Source: a virus
Length of the DNA: 5,751 nt
Direction: 5' to 3' (one strand)
Virus record (IMG/VR): IMGVR_UViG_3300045988_001841
Of the stretch, positions 1 through 4,340 are shown one piece after another. Both the position numbers and the translations under genes were made by a program. The notes beneath the pieces are model-generated. The model was not told the DNA's origin, searched no databases, and saw only the letters and a program-made list of their open reading frames with translations. Position 1 is the first letter of the stretch. Each line of letters begins with the position of its first letter.

Positions 1-55
1 GACAGCGTTAAAACATCAGATAAAATAATCCTAAACGAGCCGTGGCCGGCAAACA
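1..55. repeat. Terminal redundancy (left copy) marking a circular genome; identical to 5697..5751
   Basis: The 55 nt at 1..55 (gacagcgttaaaacatcagataaaataatcctaaacgagccgtggccggcaaaca) match 5697..5751 exactly, base by base. The VP1 reading frame continues in phase across the implied junction (5697 and 1 are both codon first positions). Confidence 0.95.
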
Positions 56-921
56 ACACAACGAGCTTTGTAAACACAGAAAAAAGTGGAAAACTGACAG
101 GAAAAGGCGTACAAACTGGAGCTAACTACATCGCAGAAGCATTCCTAAAGGCAGACCTCAGCAATGCAACCGCAGCAACCATCAACGACTTAAGAAAAGC
201 CGTAGCAGTACAGCAGTACTACGAAGCGCTCGCACGAGGGGGCAGCCGATACCGCGAACAGGTACAAGCACTGTGGAATGTAACTATCAGCGACAAAACG
301 GTACAGATTCCAGAATACCTGGGCGGCGGCAGATATCACGTCAATATCAACCAAATCGTGCAGACAGCGGATAACGATAAAGCACCGCTAGGCGAAACTG
401 GTGCAATGTCAGTGACGCCGATAAACGAAAGCTCTTTTACCAAATCTTTTGAAGAGCATGGGTTTGTAATTGGTGTCTGTTGTGTGCGACACAATCGCAG
501 TTATCAGCAAGGCTTGGAGCGTTTCTGGAGCCGAGAAGACAGACTAGACTACTATGTACCACAGTTTGCAAACCTGGGAGAGCAGCCTGTAAAGAAAAAG
601 GAAATCATGTTGACCGGCAAGGAAACGGACGAAGAAACGTTCGGCTATCAGGAGGCCTGGGCGGACTACCGAATGAAACCAAACCGGGTAAGCGGCCTCA
701 TGCGAAGCAACGCAACAGGCACACTGGACTTCTGGCATTATGCCGACAACTATAATACCGTACCAACACTGTCGCAAGAATGGATGGAAGAAGGCAAGGC
801 CGAAATTGCGCGCACACTCGTCGTGCAGAATGAGCCGCAATTTTTCGGCGCTATCCGCATAGCGAACAAAACCACAAGACGGATGCCACTATACAGCGTA
901 CCGGGCTTGTACAAACTGTAA
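1..921 (+). CDS. VP1: Major capsid protein VP1 (phiX174 F-like), C-terminal 306 codons; the N-terminal part is at 4968..5751 across the circular junction (full protein about 549 aa)
   Basis: Frame 1 is open from base 1 to TAA at 919-921. The translation (..ATINDLRKAVAVQQYYEALARGGSRYREQVQALWNV..IPEYLGGG..) carries the conserved Microviridae capsid block INDLR..Q..E..ARGGSRY..PEYLGG. The ORF-track entry 358..921 is only the part after an internal GTG. Confidence 0.93.
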   Translation, partial: DSVKTSDKIILNEPWPANNTTSFVNTEKSGKLTGKGVQTGANYIAEAFLKADLSNATAATINDLRKAVAVQQYYEALARGGSRYREQVQALWNVTISDKTVQIPEYLGGGRYHVNINQIVQTADNDKAPLGETGAMSVTPINESSFTKSFEEHGFVIGVCCVRHNRSYQQGLERFWSREDRLDYYVPQFANLGEQPVKKKEIMLTGKETDEETFGYQEAWADYRMKPNRVSGLMRSNATGTLDFWHYADNYNTVPTLSQEWMEEGKAEIARTLVVQNEPQFFGAIRIANKTTRRMPLYSVPGLYKL

Positions 922-932
922 GAAAGGAGGAT

Positions 933-958
933 GCCCGGGCAAAACCCGGGCTATTTTT
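933..958 (+). terminator. Intrinsic-terminator-like hairpin between VP1 and VP2
   Basis: gcccggg (933-939) pairs with cccgggc (945-951), a 7-bp all-G/C stem with a 5-nt loop, followed by tattttt (952-958). It lies 12 nt after the VP1 stop. Confidence 0.6.
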
Positions 959-960
959 AA

Positions 961-1818
961 ATGAGTGTATTATCTGGATTCTTAACAGCACTAAACGTAG
1001 CGGGAAACGTAGCAAACACAATCGGAACCGTTGCAGGAGCAGCTAAAAACGTAGCCGGAGCATTTGGCGGATGGGGACAGACAGGAAATAGCCAAAGTAG
1101 CGGCGGCAGCACAAGCCAAGGCGGCGGATACTCCGAAAGCGGAAGTCAATCGGGTACCAACGTACAGCAAGTCAATGACTGGCTAAAACAAGCATACGCA
1201 TACCAAGGGCAAGAGGCAGCCATGCAAGGCAAATACAACAGCCAAAGTATGCTTAAACAGATGGGCTATAACACACTACAAGCAATCATGCAAGGCGTAT
1301 ACAACCACATTGAAAACAGTGTAGCAATGAACTACAACAGCGCAGAAGCACTAGCAAACAGGAACTGGCAAGAGCACATGTCAAGCACAGCGTACCAGCG
1401 AGCCGTTGAGGACATGAAAAAAGCAGGGCTTAACCCTATCTTAGCATTCGCAAACGGCGGCGCAAGCACACCGGGAGGAAGTGCAGGAACAATCAGTGGA
1501 GCAAGTATGGGACTTGCAAGCAGCAGCGCACTAGGAGTAAGCCGAAGCGGTGGATTTGTACCTAACGCATACGAAAGCAGCAGCTGGAGCAAAAGCGACT
1601 GGTACAATGCTGCACAAAGCTGGCAACAGATGCTCAGTTCAACGCATATGACACCATACGGACTGCAACAAGCCTTAACAGAAATCGGAGAAGACACAAG
1701 CAAAGCAATTGACAAAAACGTACCAAAGAAAAGCGACAAAAAAAGCAACTATCAAGCGCCGCAGGACAAAACAGGAGCATACGGAGAAAAGCGAAAGCCG
1801 GGTGATTATTTGAAGTGA
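961..1818 (+). CDS. VP2: Minor capsid / DNA pilot protein VP2 (285 aa)
   Basis: ATG at 961 follows an in-frame TAA directly. The N-terminus is Gly/Ala-rich and a Gly/Ser/Gln low-complexity tract follows. The motif NWQEHMSSTAYQRAVEDMKKAGLNPILAF matches the conserved gokushovirus VP2 core (..TAYQRAV.DMK.AGLNP.LA). Its position after VP1 is canonical. Confidence 0.88.
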   Translation: MSVLSGFLTALNVAGNVANTIGTVAGAAKNVAGAFGGWGQTGNSQSSGGSTSQGGGYSESGSQSGTNVQQVNDWLKQAYAYQGQEAAMQGKYNSQSMLKQMGYNTLQAIMQGVYNHIENSVAMNYNSAEALANRNWQEHMSSTAYQRAVEDMKKAGLNPILAFANGGASTPGGSAGTISGASMGLASSSALGVSRSGGFVPNAYESSSWSKSDWYNAAQSWQQMLSSTHMTPYGLQQALTEIGEDTSKAIDKNVPKKSDKKSNYQAPQDKTGAYGEKRKPGDYLK

Positions 1819-2834
1819 GCTGTTACAAGCCATTAATAAGGCTGTACGACCCTAACGACAAAAACATTAGCGGGAGGGTGTATTCACTCTCCCGCTATTC
1901 TCAGTTAGCGGGAAAGCAGCTAAAATATGAAGATCTAATGTACAGAAAAGATGTAATGCTGATACCATGCGGGCAGTGCATCGGATGCAGAATCAGACAA
2001 AGAGAGGACTGGACAACACGAATAGAATTAGAAGCACGAGACTATCCAAAAGAAGAAGTTTGGTTTATCACATTAACTTATGATGATGAGCATGTACCGG
2101 GCATGATAGTAAACACAGGCGAAATCATGAGAAAAGTGAAATACGTCTGGAAACCGGGAAAGAAGCGCCCTGAAAGCGTCCAAACGTTGCTATATACTGA
2201 CGTTCAAAAATTCTTAAAACGTCTCAGGAAGGCTTATAGGGGCAAATTACGCTATTTTGTAGCGGGAGAATACGGAGAACAGACGGCAAGGCCACATTAC
2301 CATATGATTTTATACGGATGGCGGCCAACAGACCTAGAGCACCTATACAAGATACAACACAACGGATATTTCACGAGTAAATGGCTGGCAGACCTATGGG
2401 GCATGGGTCAAATACAAATAGCACAAGCAGTACCAACAACATATAGATATGTTGCAGGGTACGTTACAAAAAAGATGTACGAAATTGACGGCCAGAAAGC
2501 AAACGCATACTACGAACTAGGGCAACAAAAGCCTTTTGCGTGTATGAGTCTTAAACCGGGCCTAGGAGACCACTACTATCAAGAACACAAAGCAGAAATC
2601 TGGAGGCAAGGATATATCCAATGCACAAACGGCAAACACGCACAAATTCCACGTTATTATGAAAAAATGATGGAAGCAGAAAACCCACAAAGATTGTGGA
2701 GAATTAAACAGAACAGACAAGCAGCAGCCATAGCAGAAAACCGGCTTAAGTATGAAAATGCAGACTTTGAAGAGCAATGTAAGACAAAAGAGAGGGTGAT
2801 AAAGAAACAGATGAAGAAGAAAGGGACACTTTAA
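1815..2834 (+). CDS. VP4: Replication initiation protein VP4 (HUH rolling-circle endonuclease, phiX174 A-like), 339 aa
   Basis: GTG start at 1815 overlaps the VP2 stop (GTGA). The N-terminus SCYKPL and the Cys cluster CGQCIGCR are typical of VP4. FITLTYD is RCR motif 1. HYHMILYG is the HUH motif 2 (codons 2295-2303). YVAGYVTKK is motif 3, with two Tyr residues three apart (codons 2448 and 2460), as in the phiX A protein. Confidence 0.93.
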   Translation: MSCYKPLIRLYDPNDKNISGRVYSLSRYSQLAGKQLKYEDLMYRKDVMLIPCGQCIGCRIRQREDWTTRIELEARDYPKEEVWFITLTYDDEHVPGMIVNTGEIMRKVKYVWKPGKKRPESVQTLLYTDVQKFLKRLRKAYRGKLRYFVAGEYGEQTARPHYHMILYGWRPTDLEHLYKIQHNGYFTSKWLADLWGMGQIQIAQAVPTTYRYVAGYVTKKMYEIDGQKANAYYELGQQKPFACMSLKPGLGDHYYQEHKAEIWRQGYIQCTNGKHAQIPRYYEKMMEAENPQRLWRIKQNRQAAAIAENRLKYENADFEEQCKTKERVIKKQMKKKGTL

Positions 2835-2844
2835 CGGTGTCACC

Positions 2845-2878
2845 TAGCCAAGTACCTATCAAGTAAGGTACTTGGCTA
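2845..2878 (+). terminator. Perfect 13-bp stem-loop just after the VP4 stop (transcript 3' end and/or ssDNA structural element)
   Basis: tagccaagtacct (2845-2857) pairs perfectly with aggtacttggcta (2866-2878) around an 8-nt loop. Only TT follows, so the U-tract is weak for a classical terminator. Confidence 0.5.
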
Positions 2879-2920
2879 TTGTCATATAAAAAAACCATGT
2901 ATCAGTCTATTCAGTGAATA

Positions 2921-2946
2921 AAAAAGGGCTGACCTAAAGTCAGCCC
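2921..2946 (-). terminator. Stem-loop with terminator geometry only on the minus strand
   Basis: gggctgac (2926-2933) pairs with gtcagccc (2939-2946) around a 5-nt loop. An A5 run (2921-2925) precedes it on the + strand, so on the - strand the stem is followed by TTTTT. No U-tract follows on the + strand. Confidence 0.35.
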
Positions 2947-2979
2947 CTTGCGTCGCGCCCCAATCTTGGGGCTGCCGCT

Positions 2980-3030
2980 GTGCGCACGCGCGCACGCGCG
3001 CGCAAACGCGCACGCGCGCACGCGCGCATG
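2980..3030. repeat. Alternating purine/pyrimidine tract of about 80% G+C containing an exact 20-nt direct repeat
   Basis: GCGCACGCGCGCACGCGCGC occurs at 2982-3001 and again at 3008-3027. Purine/pyrimidine alternation is perfect over 2980-3004 and over 3006-3030, broken only by the extra A within the AAA at 3004-3006. 41 of 51 bases are G or C. The tract has many GCGC/GCGCGC palindromes and GTGCGCAC at 2980-2987. Confidence 0.9.
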
Positions 3031-3048
3031 ATATTATATAACTTGTTG
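3029..3048 (+). other. AT-rich motif resembling the phiX174 origin nick region (candidate VP4 nick site / DNA unwinding element)
   Basis: tgATATTATATAACttgttg, compared with the phiX174 origin core CAACTTG^ATATTAATAAC as I recall it: TGATATTA is identical, then ATAAC follows after a 1-nt insertion. The phiX-like element AACTTG also occurs at 3040-3045 and 3149-3154. Confidence 0.3.
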
Positions 3049-3076
3049 TAGTCGTAGTAGTAGAGGTAGTGGAAAA

Positions 3077-3243
3077 GTTGAAAAGTACTAAAATTTAGCG
3101 CTAAGACGTAAATAAAAAGCAAAAAACAACGTTGAAAGTTTTGTTGAAAACTTGTTGAGATGTTGAAAGTTCGTCAAAATGACGAAAAGCATTGTGCAAC
3201 TTTATGTTGAAAACCTGTTGAAAGTGTTGAAAGTGTTGAAAAC
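3077..3243 (+). repeat. Iteron array: nine same-orientation copies of GTTGA(A/G)A (consensus tGTTGAAAr)
   Basis: Exact GTTGAAA starts at 3077, 3131, 3143, 3162, 3206, 3217, 3226 and 3235. The variant GTTGAGA starts at 3154. Cluster spacings are 12/11/8 nt and 11/9/9 nt. The two clusters flank the palindrome at 3170-3186. Confidence 0.9.
3170..3186. repeat. Perfect palindrome TTCGTCA-AAA-TGACGAA between the two iteron clusters
   Basis: ttcgtca (3170-3176) is the reverse complement of tgacgaa (3180-3186) with a 3-nt spacer. It could be a dimeric protein binding site or a small hairpin in ssDNA. Confidence 0.7.
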
Positions 3244-3333
3244 GCGCACAGCGCTAAAAAGGAATGGATTTAGCCGAATTCCGCTGCGCTCCATACGGCA
3301 AGGCGCTAAAGCGCCATTCAAACCAAAAAACAA

Positions 3334-3361
3334 TTGACAAGCGACAAAAAAATGATATAAT
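3334..3361 (+). promoter_or_regulatory. Consensus sigma70-type promoter with extended -10
   Basis: TTGACA (3334-3339), a 16-nt spacer, then TGaTATAAT (3353-3361). An A-rich UP-like tract (aaaccaaaaaacaa) lies just upstream. The predicted transcription start near 3368 is followed by the GAGGA ribosome binding site and the peptidase ATG at 3387. Confidence 0.75.
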
Positions 3362-3386
3362 CAAAACAGAAAGCGAGGAAACGGCC

Positions 3387-3779
3387 ATGAGCATTAAAAG
3401 CTACCTTGTAAATACTGACGGAAACGTAAAACTAGCAAGACACTTCAAAGTAAAAGAATTTGCTTGCAAAGACTTAAGTCCAGTAGTGTTCATAGATGAA
3501 TATCTATGGAACGTGCTGGACATCCTCCGGCATAAACTAAGAAAACCGGTAATAATCACCAGCGGATACAGAACACCAGAGTGGAACACAAAATGCGGCG
3601 GAGCAAAATACAGCTATCATATGCGCGGTATGGCAGCAGACATCCGAGTAAATGGAATGACACCAAAACAAGTAGCCAACATACTGGATGAAATTGTACC
3701 GGATGAATGCGGCATTATCGTATACAAAAGCTGGGTGCACTTTGACGTGCGCAAAAGCAAATACAGAAAAGGAATCTGA
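3387..3779 (+). CDS. Zinc peptidoglycan peptidase, M15 family (M15A/DUF882/Peptidase_M15_3-like), 130 aa; putative lysis or cell-wall-remodelling enzyme
   Basis: GAGGAA (3375-3380) lies 6 nt before ATG 3387. The motifs are FKVKEFACKD, SGYRTPEWN..GGA, and the zinc triad H-x6-D...H: SYHMRGMAAD (His codon 3618, Asp codon 3639) and WVHFD (His codon 3738). The longer ORF-track start at 3264 would place the consensus promoter inside the coding sequence and its SD abuts the ATG. Confidence 0.85.
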   Translation: MSIKSYLVNTDGNVKLARHFKVKEFACKDLSPVVFIDEYLWNVLDILRHKLRKPVIITSGYRTPEWNTKCGGAKYSYHMRGMAADIRVNGMTPKQVANILDEIVPDECGIIVYKSWVHFDVRKSKYRKGI

Positions 3780-3863
3780 ATGACCTAACGGCGCATACTG
3801 GACGGACAGGTTCCGCGAAGTCAATAGTATTAGGGCAATCAGAAACAGAAAGGAGGTGTAACA

Positions 3864-3986
3864 ATGGCACTGATTAGCATTAAAGACGTCAAACAGGCAA
3901 TCCGGCTTATGATGCAGATTCTCGAAAAGCTTGACGAAATCTATCATGCGCTGCATGATAGCGTCAACGAAAAAGAAAAGGAGTAA
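3864..3986 (+). CDS. Hypothetical 40-aa protein (amphipathic helix; MALISIKDVKQAIRLMMQILEKLDEIYHALHDSVNEKEKE)
   Basis: AGGAGG (3851-3856) lies 7 nt upstream of ATG 3864, and TAA is at 3984-3986. It is below the ORF-track size cut-off. It is tightly packed with the next gene (2-nt gap), whose ribosome binding site is embedded in its 3' end. Confidence 0.6.
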   Translation: MALISIKDVKQAIRLMMQILEKLDEIYHALHDSVNEKEKE

Positions 3987-3988
3987 CC

Positions 3989-4216
3989 ATGATGAACAAA
4001 ACATGGAATGTGCGCGACCAGACCAAAGAAGCAATTGAAGAGCTGCTCGAACGAAAATACAAAGAAATTGATGGCAATTACAAAATGCTTAGAAAAGTGT
4101 CAAACATCGAGGATGCAAAAAGGCTAATAGATGAAATTTGGCAAATGAAAAGATTTGCAAATGCCATGGAGATGGAGCTAATGCGAAGGGAGTATAACAA
4201 TGGGACGACATCGTAA
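3989..4216 (+). CDS. Hypothetical 75-aa charged, helical protein
   Basis: AAGGAG (3978-3983) lies 5 nt before ATG 3989. The composition is Glu/Lys/Arg-rich and coiled-coil-like, with no hydrophobic segment. I recognise no family. Confidence 0.65.
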   Translation: MMNKTWNVRDQTKEAIEELLERKYKEIDGNYKMLRKVSNIEDAKRLIDEIWQMKRFANAMEMELMRREYNNGTTS

Positions 4217-4322
4217 AGCAATGAACGGCGCAAAAGACCGCCGTATGTTTAACGTAACCGCACGAAAAACCAAAACCATCAACCTTAGCCAGAAACCTAT
4301 GCGCGGTGGCATCCGGCTGTAA
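4200..4322 (+). CDS. Small highly basic DNA-binding/packaging peptide (phiX J-like, gokushovirus ORF8/VP8-like), 40 aa
   Basis: AAGGGAG (4186-4192) lies 7 nt before ATG 4200, and TAA is at 4320-4322. The translation is MGRHRKAMNGAKDRRMFNVTARKTKTINLSQKPMRGGIRL. It has about 11 Arg/Lys plus 1 His against a single acidic residue. As I recall, the C-terminal RGG(I/Y)RL is typical of the small basic gokushovirus protein. It overlaps the preceding ORF by 17 nt and is missing from the ORF track because of its size. Confidence 0.7.
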   Translation: MGRHRKAMNGAKDRRMFNVTARKTKTINLSQKPMRGGIRL

Positions 4323-4340
4323 AAAAGGAGAATAAATATC

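Noticed and set aside
480-755. 91-aa Arg-rich + strand ORF (TTG start) overprinted on VP1 in another frame; considered as a phiX E/K-style overlapping gene
   Set aside because: It has no SD upstream and no hydrophobic or transmembrane segment, which a lysis protein would need. The composition is typical of an off-frame read of a coding region. It cannot be excluded without conservation analysis.
931-960. Mini-ORF MPGQNPGYF as a genuine peptide gene
   Set aside because: AGGAGG abuts the ATG with no spacer, and the sequence is fully explained by the terminator hairpin. It is kept only as a possible coupling device in the VP2 finding.
1709-1745. Second caaTTGACAa motif inside VP2 as an internal promoter
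   Set aside because: There is no acceptable -10 hexamer at 16-18 nt spacing; the sequence there is aagcga.
3020-3048. dif-like XerC/XerD recombination site, as used by temperate gokushoviruses for integration
   Set aside because: The left half, GCGCGCATGA, resembles the E. coli dif XerC arm GGTGCGCATAA (8 of 11) and an AT-rich centre follows. The right half (ATAACTTGTTG) does not resemble the XerD arm TTATGTTAAAT. Overall identity is about 14 of 28 by eye. It remains an alternative worth testing against the real host dif, but it is not supported from this sequence alone.
3047-3072. GTA-rich trinucleotide microrepeat (gta gtc gta gta gta gag gta gtg)
   Set aside because: It is real as a sequence pattern, but it is short, imperfect and has no coding frame or obvious function. 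It is treated as part of the non-coding region rather than a separate element.
2940-3122. 60-aa minus-strand ORF with an ARARLRARARVR tract
   Set aside because: It is a translation artefact of the alternating GC repeat (2980-3030). It has no ribosome binding site, the rest of the peptide is Tyr/Leu/Phe/Asn-rich low-complexity sequence from the AT-rich spacer, and it sits in a region better explained as regulatory DNA.
3077-3243. CRISPR array interpretation of the GTTGAAA repeats
   Set aside because: The repeat unit is only 7-9 nt with 1-5 nt between copies. There are no 25-40 nt repeats or spacers, and no cas context is possible in a 5.7-kb microvirus.
3264-3386. N-terminal extension of the peptidase ORF (ORF-track start at ATG 3264)
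   Set aside because: The extension contains the perfect TTGACA/TGnTATAAT promoter. Its own AAAGG lies only 1 nt from the ATG. The M15 domain begins right after the internal ATG 3387, which has a well-spaced GAGGA. The extension is lysine-rich and has no signal-peptide character.
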